Below are positions 6,961 through 14,467 of a DNA stretch of 17,334 nt, piece by piece; position 1 is the stretch's first letter, and each line of letters opens with the position of its first letter. The translations under genes and the position numbers were made by a program. This stretch comes from a virus (taxonomy: Duplodnaviria > Heunggongvirae > Uroviricota > Caudoviricetes): positions 1 through 17,334 of the IMG/VR virus record IMGVR_UViG_3300020202_000067. One strand, written 5' to 3'. The notes beneath the pieces are model-generated. The model searched no databases, had not been told where the DNA came from, and worked only from the letters and a program-made list of their open reading frames with translations.

Positions 6961-8097
6961 ATGTCTAAGGTTTACAACCGAGCAAGAGTAGCCACCGCCA
7001 CTACCGGCACTGGCACCATGACGCTTGGAGCAGCGACGACATCCGCTTACTTCACTTTCTCAGAAGCCGGAGTGGCTGATGCTGATGAGGTGACTTACCT
7101 CATTGAAGATGGCACCGACGTTGAGATCGGTCGCGGAGTATACACATCCGCTGGCACCACGCTCACTCGCGCAACGGTCCTGCGCTCCAAGATTGCTGGC
7201 GTGCAAGGCACGTCCAAGATCAACCTCTCTGGCAGCGCAACCGTCTCCATTGTTGCTGTCGCCGAGGACCTGCCCACCTCGCTAGCGGCTCTTAGCGTCT
7301 GGGGCGTCACCGGCAATGCGGTCGCGACGCCAGCCGCAATCGCCGCAGGCTCTGATGGTCATGTGCTGCGACGTTCGGGCACGACGCTAGCCTTCGGCAC
7401 CGTGGCCAATGCAGGCATTCGCGACAGCGCCGGGCTCTCGGTGCTCGGGCGCTCAGCCAACTCAACGGGTTCCATCGCAGACATTACCGCAGGCACTGAT
7501 GGTCATGTGCTGCGACGTTCGGGCACGACGCTTGGCTTTGGAAGCCTCGCTGGCTCTCAAGCTTCTCTTGTTCTGATTCAAACACAGACTGCGAGCAGCA
7601 GCGCCCAAATTGATTTCACGACCGGCTTAGACGACACATACGACGCCTTTGTGTTTCATTTGTCGAACGTTATCCCTGCAACAGACGATGTTGAGCTGTG
7701 GATACGTGCAGGCACAGGAGCTGGTCCTACATATCAAACGGCAAATTACCGTTGGGCCGTTGGAATGACTTCGAACGGCGGCAGCGCAATTCATGCCGGA
7801 TCGGCTGCTGGATCAAGCATAGTGCTGACGTCCAATGCCGCCTCCGACTCAATCGGTAACGCTGCAGGGGAAGCAGGCTGGGATGGCGTTGTTCGCTTTT
7901 CCAATCCTGATGGCAGCGTTTACAAGATGTTTTCCTTCAATGGCGCTTATACACGCGCCGATGGATCCATCATTCCTGTTGCAGGAGCCGGAGCTTATGT
8001 TGGAGCAACTTCAGCCATCACAGGAGTGCGCTTCATGATGGAAACCGGCAACATCGCATCGGGGCGCATTTCGCTTTATGGCGTTCGCAAGTCGTAA
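6961..8097 (+). CDS. Tail-fibre / receptor-binding-like virion protein, 378 aa
   Basis: N-terminus RARVATATTGTGTMTL...YLIEDG...EIGRGVYT...TLTR of a type common in phage tail proteins; Gly/Ala/Ser/Thr-rich; internal 48-aa repeat; beta-rich C-terminal domain ending GNIASGRISLYG. Confidence 0.7.
   Translation: MSKVYNRARVATATTGTGTMTLGAATTSAYFTFSEAGVADADEVTYLIEDGTDVEIGRGVYTSAGTTLTRATVLRSKIAGVQGTSKINLSGSATVSIVAVAEDLPTSLAALSVWGVTGNAVATPAAIAAGSDGHVLRRSGTTLAFGTVANAGIRDSAGLSVLGRSANSTGSIADITAGTDGHVLRRSGTTLGFGSLAGSQASLVLIQTQTASSSAQIDFTTGLDDTYDAFVFHLSNVIPATDDVELWIRAGTGAGPTYQTANYRWAVGMTSNGGSAIHAGSAAGSSIVLTSNAASDSIGNAAGEAGWDGVVRFSNPDGSVYKMFSFNGAYTRADGSIIPVAGAGAYVGATSAITGVRFMMETGNIASGRISLYGVRKS
7343..7532 (+). 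repeat. Intragenic direct repeat, 46 nt with 1 mismatch (7343-7388 and 7487-7532), including 37 identical nt
   Basis: CTGATGGTCATGTGCTGCGACGTTCGGGCACGACGCT at 7352-7388 and 7496-7532; period 144 nt; encodes (S/T)DGHVLRRSGTTL. Confidence 0.9.
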
Positions 8098-8155
8098 AAT
8101 GGCATTTGTGCTGACCGCCCTTCCGCGCGATAGTCGGCCTCTTTGGAGGTCGCGC

Positions 8156-8971
8156 ATGAAGAAGCTGTTGCTCATTGGAGCCTGCCTGATTGCTTTCAAC
8201 CTTCCCGCAAATGCCAAGTGTTATCACACAGACGACAACCGCTCCTGGTTGTGTGGTCAGAACAAGGTTGTCAAGAAGCAAGCCAAGCGTAAAAAGTTTA
8301 CGCGCGCACGCTACATCAAGCGTGTTCGCGTGAAGCAACGGACGGCCGCCAGAGTGAAACCACTGCTTGGGGCAGCTCAGCGTAGCGGTCTCAACCGCCT
8401 CCCCGCGAAGCCGCTGCGCGCCTCTGAGCGGCCGTCCGTAAAGCTTCAGGTCAGCGATGTTGCGCTCGGCGCTATGTATTCGGAACGCATTGATGACAAC
8501 TTCCTCGCCCAATTCGGTGAGGCATTGGTCAGTGTTGTGACTGCACCTGTGCAGATCCTACACACGATCTTCACCTACATCTTTTCGGTAGGCCGCTGTC
8601 AAGGCCTGGAGGAAATCGATTGGCGCGTGCGAAGGGTGGTGGATGATGCGGCGAGGCACTTTGGCAGACCCGCGCAGGCGATATCTTGCTACCGGCCACT
8701 CGCTTACAATCGAGCCATTTACGGCAATCGCAAGCTCCGCAACGGGCGCTACAGGGGCGACGGATCACAACATATCCGTAAGCGCGCCATCGACTTCCGT
8801 ATTCCCGGTGTCGCTAAGCACGCGCTCGCCAAGTACCTGCGACGGCACCCGTTGATGCGTTCCACTGGAGGCATTGGACTTTATTGCGGAGACTTCGTGC
8901 ATGTTGACTCGCGCCCGACCAAGGTGCAGGTCAATTGGAACTGGTGCAGACGTGCATCCAGACGACGCTGA
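8156..8971 (+). CDS. Exported peptidase M15A / YcbK(MepK)-like peptidoglycan endopeptidase, 271 aa
   Basis: SD GGAGGT before ATG 8156; signal peptide MKKLLLIGACLIAFNLPANA; Zn motifs SQHIRKRAIDF (HxxxxxxD) and FVHVD; YRPLAYN and GGIGLY. Confidence 0.8.
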   Translation: MKKLLLIGACLIAFNLPANAKCYHTDDNRSWLCGQNKVVKKQAKRKKFTRARYIKRVRVKQRTAARVKPLLGAAQRSGLNRLPAKPLRASERPSVKLQVSDVALGAMYSERIDDNFLAQFGEALVSVVTAPVQILHTIFTYIFSVGRCQGLEEIDWRVRRVVDDAARHFGRPAQAISCYRPLAYNRAIYGNRKLRNGRYRGDGSQHIRKRAIDFRIPGVAKHALAKYLRRHPLMRSTGGIGLYCGDFVHVDSRPTKVQVNWNWCRRASRRR

Positions 8972-9101
8972 AGAATATATCGAGACTGACAACCTACTTT
9001 TTGTGAAGTGGTTTGGCGCCGCTGTTTGCGGCTGCGCTTGTCTTTTGCTCCTCGCCGTTTTGGCAGTCAGTTGTTTCGGTATTTATTACGCGTCACTCTG
9101 A
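8952..9101 (+). CDS. Possible small membrane protein, 49 aa
   Basis: GTG 8952 opens VHPDDAEEYIETDNLLFVKWFGAAVCGCACLLLLAVLAVSCFGIYYASL with one hydrophobic stretch; overlaps both neighbours; start uncertain. Confidence 0.35.
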   Translation: MHPDDAEEYIETDNLLFVKWFGAAVCGCACLLLLAVLAVSCFGIYYASL

Positions 9102-9484
9102 TTGGATTTGTCTTGGGGCTGACTCTAGGGTTCATCATCGGCTTGGTTGCTGCGCTGTTCATCACAGTCGCACAGGCACAACATTTTCATCCGCCGCAGG
9201 ACGAACCGTTGCACGAGAAGTTCTATCGCGGATGGTATATGCCTGACGACCCGACCAAGAGCTGTTGCAACAAGGCTGATTGCTATCCGACCGAAGTTAG
9301 AATTGAAGGCGACGCGATCTTTGCGCGCAGACGCGAGGACGGACGCTTCATCCGTATCCCGCCGCAGAAGGTTGAGCGCCATCGCGATAATCCGGACGGC
9401 CGCAACCATCTCTGCGCGCCGCCGCCACTGAGCATCTACCCGAATGATACGGTGTTCTGCTTCTCGCTGGGAGCCGGCATATGA
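9071..9484 (+). CDS. Exported Cys-rich hypothetical protein, about 137 aa
   Basis: TTG 9071 gives a clean signal peptide (FRYLLRVTLIGF...VAQAQ); the ORF track starts at 9008. Mature part has WY...SCCNKADC...HLC...FCF (5 Cys). Confidence 0.7.
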   Translation: MFRYLLRVTLIGFVLGLTLGFIIGLVAALFITVAQAQHFHPPQDEPLHEKFYRGWYMPDDPTKSCCNKADCYPTEVRIEGDAIFARRREDGRFIRIPPQKVERHRDNPDGRNHLCAPPPLSIYPNDTVFCFSLGAGI

Positions 9485-9657
9485 GCAATGAAGACACCAT
9501 CAATAGGAAGCTGGCGTGGTCGGGCTCAATCGACCTCACCAATGCTTACCCTGACGTCCGGCGCACTGCTTATGAAATGCAGGAGCGAGGCGAAGTGATC
9601 GTACGCCACACAGAGCACGGTGGCGTGTTCGCGCATCGAGCGCCAAAGCAATGTTGA
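9481..9657 (+). CDS. Hypothetical protein, 58 aa (MSNEDTINRKLAWSGSIDL...)
   Basis: Translated by hand; ATGA overlap at the start and overlap with the next ATG. Confidence 0.55.
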   Translation: MSNEDTINRKLAWSGSIDLTNAYPDVRRTAYEMQERGEVIVRHTEHGGVFAHRAPKQC

Positions 9658-9884
9658 CGGCGATCGTGCTCATTTGCTCCTTGGCGGTTACTCCTGACCT
9701 GGCAGATTGCACATCCAAGAATGCAAGGGCTACCATGCTTGTGCCAGAAGATTTTCTGATCCCGACGCAATGCTATTTTAAAGCACAAGCCTTTGCTGCA
9801 GGCACGCAACTCGGCCGTGACATCTCCCCCGACGAGCGCATAAAGGTGGTGTGCGTTCGTCACGAAGGCAGGAAGTCAACTTGA
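9651..9884 (+). CDS. Small exported Cys-containing hypothetical protein, 77 aa
   Basis: Hydrophobic N-terminus MLTAIVLICSLAV and four spaced Cys; resembles small proteins I recall from rhizobial genomes (not verified). Confidence 0.7.
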   Translation: MLTAIVLICSLAVTPDLADCTSKNARATMLVPEDFLIPTQCYFKAQAFAAGTQLGRDISPDERIKVVCVRHEGRKST

Positions 9885-10069
9885 CAATTTATTCGCTCTG
9901 GTTGCTTCTGGTGGCGCTGTCTGGACTGTTGTTCTCATTGCTTACTGTTGTCGCCTACATCCACACGATCATCCGTGGCGAGGCAGACGCGCAAGACTAC
10001 ATCTGCACAGCCGGAGCTGGTTGCGCATCAGTGGCTTCTTTTTACACCCTCATTTCAATGGTGCAATGA
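9881..10069 (+). CDS. Small two-TM membrane protein (holin/antiholin candidate), 62 aa
   Basis: TTGA overlap at the start; two hydrophobic segments; ATGA-coupled to the endolysin. Confidence 0.5.
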   Translation: MTIYSLWLLLVALSGLLFSLLTVVAYIHTIIRGEADAQDYICTAGAGCASVASFYTLISMVQ

Positions 10070-11004
10070 TGCCGATTGAACTCACCCGTGAAACCTTGCG
10101 CGGCATCTTCCCCAAGGCGCCAAGCGGCGTCATCGATGCCTTCCTCGCCAAGCAGGATGTGCTCACCAAGCACGGCGTCAATCACACGCGCCAGCGTCTG
10201 GCTTGGGCGTTCGCCAATGTGGAGCATGAGTGCGCTGGCTACACCATCTTGCGCGAGAACATCAACTACTCGCATGAGCGGCTCGCTGCTGTGTTCCCCA
10301 ATCGGTTCTCCAGCGCCGCAGACGTCATCAGGAAGTACGGCAATGAAAAGGGTTGGCAGCTCAAGGCATTCGACGACATCTACGGCGGCCGTATGGGCAA
10401 CCGCAAAGGGACCAATGATGGCTCGACCTATATCGGACGCGGCGGCCCGCAGATCACAGGACGAGATTGTTACAAGGTTGTTGGCGACGCTTGTGGGGTC
10501 GATCTCATCTCCAATCCTGTCTGGGCTGAGACGCACGACTTGCAGCCAGAGATCCTCTGTGGCTTCGTTGATTGGAAGCGGTTGAACCTCAAGGCGGACG
10601 CAGGCGACTGGAAGGGCTACGTCAAGACCTGGAACGGCGGCCACAATGGCATGGCCGATCGCGAGGCCAAGCTCAAGGGCAACGATCCATTCTTCCAGCG
10701 CATGGTTGCTGTTGAGCTCGCCAAGGTTGATGTTGAGCGCATGAAGGGTGCGCCACCCACTAAGGAGCCGCCGCAAGAGAGCATTGATGAAGCCACGCGC
10801 AAGGAGCGCGCTGCGCGCAAGGGCGCTGTTGCTGGCACGCTCGCCTCTGGCGGTGAAGAGGTTGGCAAGGCGACAGGCGCGGGCAGCACCGGTCTGCCCA
10901 CATGGGCTGCAATTTCTATTGGTCTTGTTTGCATTATTGCTGTTGTAGCGTTAGGCATAATGATTGCGAAGAAGAAATCCATTGTGAAGGCTAACTGGAG
11001 ATGA
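10066..11004 (+). CDS. GH19 (chitinase-like lysozyme) endolysin with C-terminal transmembrane anchor, 312 aa
   Basis: HECAG...LRENINYS, YGGRMGN...DGSTYIGRGGPQITGRDCY and NGGHNGMADR are GH19 phage-lysin motifs; C-terminal WAAISIGLVCIIAVVALGIMIAKKK. Confidence 0.9.
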   Translation: MMPIELTRETLRGIFPKAPSGVIDAFLAKQDVLTKHGVNHTRQRLAWAFANVEHECAGYTILRENINYSHERLAAVFPNRFSSAADVIRKYGNEKGWQLKAFDDIYGGRMGNRKGTNDGSTYIGRGGPQITGRDCYKVVGDACGVDLISNPVWAETHDLQPEILCGFVDWKRLNLKADAGDWKGYVKTWNGGHNGMADREAKLKGNDPFFQRMVAVELAKVDVERMKGAPPTKEPPQESIDEATRKERAARKGAVAGTLASGGEEVGKATGAGSTGLPTWAAISIGLVCIIAVVALGIMIAKKKSIVKANWR

Positions 11005-11339
11005 CGATGCAAGCAACATTCACGTTTGGTTTGCTGGCAATTTCTGTCTTGTGCTATTTCATGTTCGTACGCCCCGTGCTGCGTAAGCGTCCGGAGTTTG
11101 ATCAGTTCTATGATCTGTCCGAAAGCTTCTTCGGCCGGGTCTGGGCCTGGATCAAGATCCGCTGGGATATTGCCTTGGCAATGGTTGCAGTGATCGCGCC
11201 AGAGATCCCTCAATTGCTCACCGAACTATCTGTGCTTGACTTGTCTGCGCTCATCCCTGGAGAAGTTGGCAAGCGCATTGCGCAATTGCTCACGTTGTTG
11301 GCGACCTTGAGCCGCGCCTTCTGGATCCGGAGGAGTTGA
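11001..11339 (+). CDS. Membrane protein, holin-like, 112 aa
   Basis: Two to three hydrophobic segments; ATGA-coupled directly after the endolysin. Confidence 0.6.
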   Translation: MTMQATFTFGLLAISVLCYFMFVRPVLRKRPEFDQFYDLSESFFGRVWAWIKIRWDIALAMVAVIAPEIPQLLTELSVLDLSALIPGEVGKRIAQLLTLLATLSRAFWIRRS

Positions 11340-11866
11340 TGTTTCTCGAAGCCATCATCAGCAAGGTCGCATCCACCGCTGTTGGTGGCCTGATATCTTC
11401 GCTCACCAAGCCGTTTGAGATGTACCTTAACAAGCAGATCACGGAAGCTGAGCTGAGGAACAAACTGGCCTTGGCGCAAACGGAGGCTGAAACAGAGCTG
11501 AGGAAGGCTCTCATCCAAGGCTTCGTCGAAACTGAAAAGGCGCATGCTGATTCTGTCACGAAGACGCAAAGCGCCTTCTTTGATGCCATGGGCAAGAATG
11601 ACACCATGGTGCAGGTCTGGAAGATCGGCGTTTTCGTTGAATTGTTTGTTCTGTTCTGGCACCAATGGTGCATTCCGTTCATTGTGATGGTGGTCAGAAA
11701 TTTCTCTGACAACTCGACTTGGAATTATCCTTCCTCCGGTGCGACGGTTGAATGGGCTTATTTATTGCTTGCGGCTTGGATGGGTGCAGGCGCAGTGTTG
11801 CTGCGCTCTGGCCCTGCGGCCGGAAATATTGCTGACCAGATTAAAGGATTGGTCCTCAAGAAATGA
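11336..11866 (+). CDS. Holin-like membrane protein (GTA_holin_3TM-like layout), about 175 aa
   Basis: N-terminal amphipathic helix, coiled-coil, then hydrophobic segments (IGVFVELFVLFWHQWCIPFIVMVV; WAYLLLAAWMGAGAVLL); lies in the lysis cluster. Confidence 0.55.
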   Translation: MMFLEAIISKVASTAVGGLISSLTKPFEMYLNKQITEAELRNKLALAQTEAETELRKALIQGFVETEKAHADSVTKTQSAFFDAMGKNDTMVQVWKIGVFVELFVLFWHQWCIPFIVMVVRNFSDNSTWNYPSSGATVEWAYLLLAAWMGAGAVLLRSGPAAGNIADQIKGLVLKK

Positions 11867-12150
11867 GCGCGATCGTCACTGAGCTTTCGCTTGAAAACAC
11901 ACTCAAGATCTTCGAGATCCTTGCCATCATTGGTGGAGGAGCAATCGTCTTAATCAAGATGAGCGGATGGACATCAAAGATGCAGTCTTCAATTGACACG
12001 CACAGAGCAGACATCAGAGAGCTAAAAGACAATATGAAACAAATGACCAAAATCATGGAGACGCAAGCGATCACAACGACAAGGCTTGATCACCATGAGC
12101 AAATGATCATGGAACTCAAATCTGAACGTCGCGCAGCTGCGGGAGTTTGA
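11863..12150 (+). CDS. Single-TM coiled-coil protein, lysis-associated (XhlA- or i-spanin-like layout), 95 aa
   Basis: IFEILAIIGGGAIVLIK followed by a heptad-like helical tail. Confidence 0.6.
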   Translation: MSAIVTELSLENTLKIFEILAIIGGGAIVLIKMSGWTSKMQSSIDTHRADIRELKDNMKQMTKIMETQAITTTRLDHHEQMIMELKSERRAAAGV

Positions 12151-12151
12151 A

Positions 12152-13114
12152 GTGCTCATTATCGCCGCCATTGGCCCTTGCGGCGGGGACCTTGACCGGG
12201 TGATCGAGACGATTGAAGCAGCGCGCACGGCTGGTGCCAACACCGTCAAGTTCACTGCATTCAATCCAGATCGCTTGACCATTGATGCTGGCGGAATAGT
12301 GTTCACGGTTCAGAGCGGCCCATTCACAGGCAAATCACTGCTGGAATTTTACAAGTCGCAGGTTATGCCTTATGCCTGGTTTCCGGAGTTGTTCAAATAT
12401 TCCAAAGCGCGCGGCCTCAATGTTGCTGTTGCCGCACTCGATGAACAAGCGATCGAGATGGCAGAGTTCTTGGATTGTCAGATCTATCGCATCCCGTCCT
12501 TGGACATCACAGACACGAACCTGATCAGTCGTGCCGCTAAGGCTGGTAAGCATCTTATCATTTCAACAGGAATGGCCAGCGATGACGAGATCGACGACGC
12601 GGTTCAGGCCTCATTGCTCGCAAGCAAGGTCACACTCCTACATTGCGTATCGGCTTACCCGGCACCGGTTGAAGGCTTTTCGTTGCGCCGCATCCTGGGA
12701 ATCAGGAACCGCTTTTCCAAACCTGTCGGATTGTCTGACCACTCTGTTAGCACTGTCCTACCTGCTATTGCTGTTCCGCTCGGCATCGATGTGATAGAGA
12801 AGCACATCACTTTGGATGATGACGATGAGCAGTTTGAGATGGACCCTGCAGAGTTTGCTATCATGGTCTCAAATGCGCGCGATGCAAGAGAGGCGATGAG
12901 AGTGAGCGTCTCTCCGCAGCCACTACACAATTTGCGCCGGTCGATTTATGCTGTCGAGAACATTCAGGAAGGCGAGCGCTTCACGCACGACAATGTGCGC
13001 GTAATCCGTCCTGGTCTCGGAATGAAGCCTAATGAGTTGTCTCGAGTGATCGGACAATTTGCGAGCAAGGACATTCGTCGCGGAACGCCGATGAACATTG
13101 AGATGATTAGATGA
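12152..13114 (+). CDS. neuB: Divergent NeuB/PseI-family nonulosonic-acid synthase homolog with C-terminal SAF domain, 320 aa
   Basis: ISTGMA, LLHCVSAYPAP, GLSDHS, VIEKHITL and the SAF domain RRSIYAVENIQEGERFTHDNVRVIRPGLG...KDIRRGTPM. SD GGGAG before the GTG. The N-terminal E-x-x-x-N-H motif is absent. Confidence 0.9.
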   Translation: MLIIAAIGPCGGDLDRVIETIEAARTAGANTVKFTAFNPDRLTIDAGGIVFTVQSGPFTGKSLLEFYKSQVMPYAWFPELFKYSKARGLNVAVAALDEQAIEMAEFLDCQIYRIPSLDITDTNLISRAAKAGKHLIISTGMASDDEIDDAVQASLLASKVTLLHCVSAYPAPVEGFSLRRILGIRNRFSKPVGLSDHSVSTVLPAIAVPLGIDVIEKHITLDDDDEQFEMDPAEFAIMVSNARDAREAMRVSVSPQPLHNLRRSIYAVENIQEGERFTHDNVRVIRPGLGMKPNELSRVIGQFASKDIRRGTPMNIEMIR

Positions 13115-13545
13115 TGATCATCTACGATTACCCTCCGAACTTTGACAAGATCGATAAAGTCTTCAATGTGCGCGGCAAGCCGATCTTTTATGCATATGGG
13201 GACAAGATCTTCAACCCGATGCGTCAGCACATTCCGGATGCGATCATCAAGCATGAGGGCATACATCACAAGCAACAAAAAGAATTTGGCGACATCGATG
13301 GATGGTGGGACGAGTACATCGATAATCCTGAATTCCGTCTTGTGCAAGAGATTGAAGCGCACCGTGCAGAGTTTCAATATTGGATTGGAGCAAGTGCCAA
13401 TGCGCCTAAAGGCTTCCGTTCTATGAAAGACTTTCAACTCATCCATATTGCGCAGCGCCTTGCTTCACCGCTTTATGGACAATTGATCACTGCTGCTGAA
13501 GCACGCAAGTTGATCCTCGGACAAAAGGACTTTGTTGCGCGATGA
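13111..13545 (+). CDS. Putative zinc metallopeptidase-like protein (HExxH), 144 aa
   Basis: IIKHEGIHHKQQ followed about 28 aa later by QEIEAH (gluzincin-like third ligand). Confidence 0.7.
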   Translation: MMIIYDYPPNFDKIDKVFNVRGKPIFYAYGDKIFNPMRQHIPDAIIKHEGIHHKQQKEFGDIDGWWDEYIDNPEFRLVQEIEAHRAEFQYWIGASANAPKGFRSMKDFQLIHIAQRLASPLYGQLITAAEARKLILGQKDFVAR

Positions 13546-14006
13546 AGCCTGGCGATCTGGCTGAGTGGGCGATCTGGCTCTCAGGCAAGGAAACTGAAGA
13601 GCACATGCACCACTTCAAAGAAGTTGTCATTCCGAATGTGATCAAGCGCACAGAACAAGAGCGCGGTGTGAAATTGGCCAATGTGCGTTTCGTCATTAAG
13701 AAGCCAGGCGAGGATCGCGTCCCAAAGGTACCGGACCATATCTCTGGCCCAGACGTGCGCTTGTTTGTCTTCGTTGCAGACGTACATCCCGCAGACAGCA
13801 AGCCAGTCATTGCCAAAGAGGAACCCGGCTTCGTGAATGACTTGAAGCCAGAGGACCAGCAGCGTTTGCGCGAAATTGCTCGACGCATGCATAAGAGAGC
13901 CAATCCTGCTTTGCCTCGACTCAAGGACCATGAGTGTGATCGCATCATAAACATGGTTGGTCCGGATGTCGTATTGAAGCAGATACTAGGCAAGACACTC
14001 CATTGA
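13542..14006 (+). CDS. Hypothetical protein, 154 aa
   Basis: ATGA overlap; no recognisable domain. Confidence 0.7.
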   Translation: MKPGDLAEWAIWLSGKETEEHMHHFKEVVIPNVIKRTEQERGVKLANVRFVIKKPGEDRVPKVPDHISGPDVRLFVFVADVHPADSKPVIAKEEPGFVNDLKPEDQQRLREIARRMHKRANPALPRLKDHECDRIINMVGPDVVLKQILGKTLH

Positions 14007-14170
14007 AGCTCACACCTGAAGAAATTCGTAATGGCTGGGACGAGGCAACGCTGAAGGCTTATTTGGCCGAGCGCGAAGCTCAGCGCGTAGCATTTTCAGC
14101 AGAAGAAGTCAAGTTGAAGAATTTCAAAGTTGAGAACACTTCTGGTTTCAATCCGCACAACTGGAGATGA
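14003..14170 (+). CDS. Hypothetical protein, 55 aa (MKLTPEEIRNGWDEATLKAYLAEREAQRVAF...FNPHNWR)
   Basis: Translated by hand; TTGA overlap at the start and exactly fills the gap before 14174. Confidence 0.65.
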   Translation: MKLTPEEIRNGWDEATLKAYLAEREAQRVAFSAEEVKLKNFKVENTSGFNPHNWR

Positions 14171-14173
14171 GAG

Positions 14174-14467
14174 ATGACATTTGTCACTCGCGCGTTCAAT
14201 GATGTGGGCAAGGCGATCAATCGAGCCTTCACGCTTCCTGGCAGCGGTGGCCCGCCGCCGCCCGCACCGACCTTGACTGTGTCAAGCAATTCATCGATTA
14301 CGACACAGCAAAGCACGCCCAATCAGCCGATCAAGGTGAAGCCGAATGCTGGCGATGACAGCTTGAGCGGCACTCCGGTCGGCGCAGGCGCTGCTGGCAT
14401 TAAGCTCGATCCGCTCGGTGTGCGTGGTCGTGGCGCTGCTGGCTACACAACCATTCTGGGGAAATGA
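14174..14467 (+). CDS. Small Pro/Gly/Ser/Thr-rich pre-portal protein A (putative virion protein), 97 aa
   Basis: Sits upstream of the portal like small virion proteins of T7-like/BPP-1-like phages; ends TTILGK. Confidence 0.7.
   Translation: MTFVTRAFNDVGKAINRAFTLPGSGGPPPPAPTLTVSSNSSITTQQSTPNQPIKVKPNAGDDSLSGTPVGAGAAGIKLDPLGVRGRGAAGYTTILGK

Noticed and set aside
6867-6975. Hammerhead-ribozyme-like CTGATCGA...GAAA flanking a stem
   Set aside because: There is an extra base in the CUGANGA core, and I could not build a proper stem I/stem III with a UH cleavage site. An Infernal search would settle it.
8156-8190. Lipobox-like IGAC in the peptidase signal peptide
   Set aside because: The Cys is at position 10 with too short a hydrophobic region; SPase I cleavage after ANA is more plausible.
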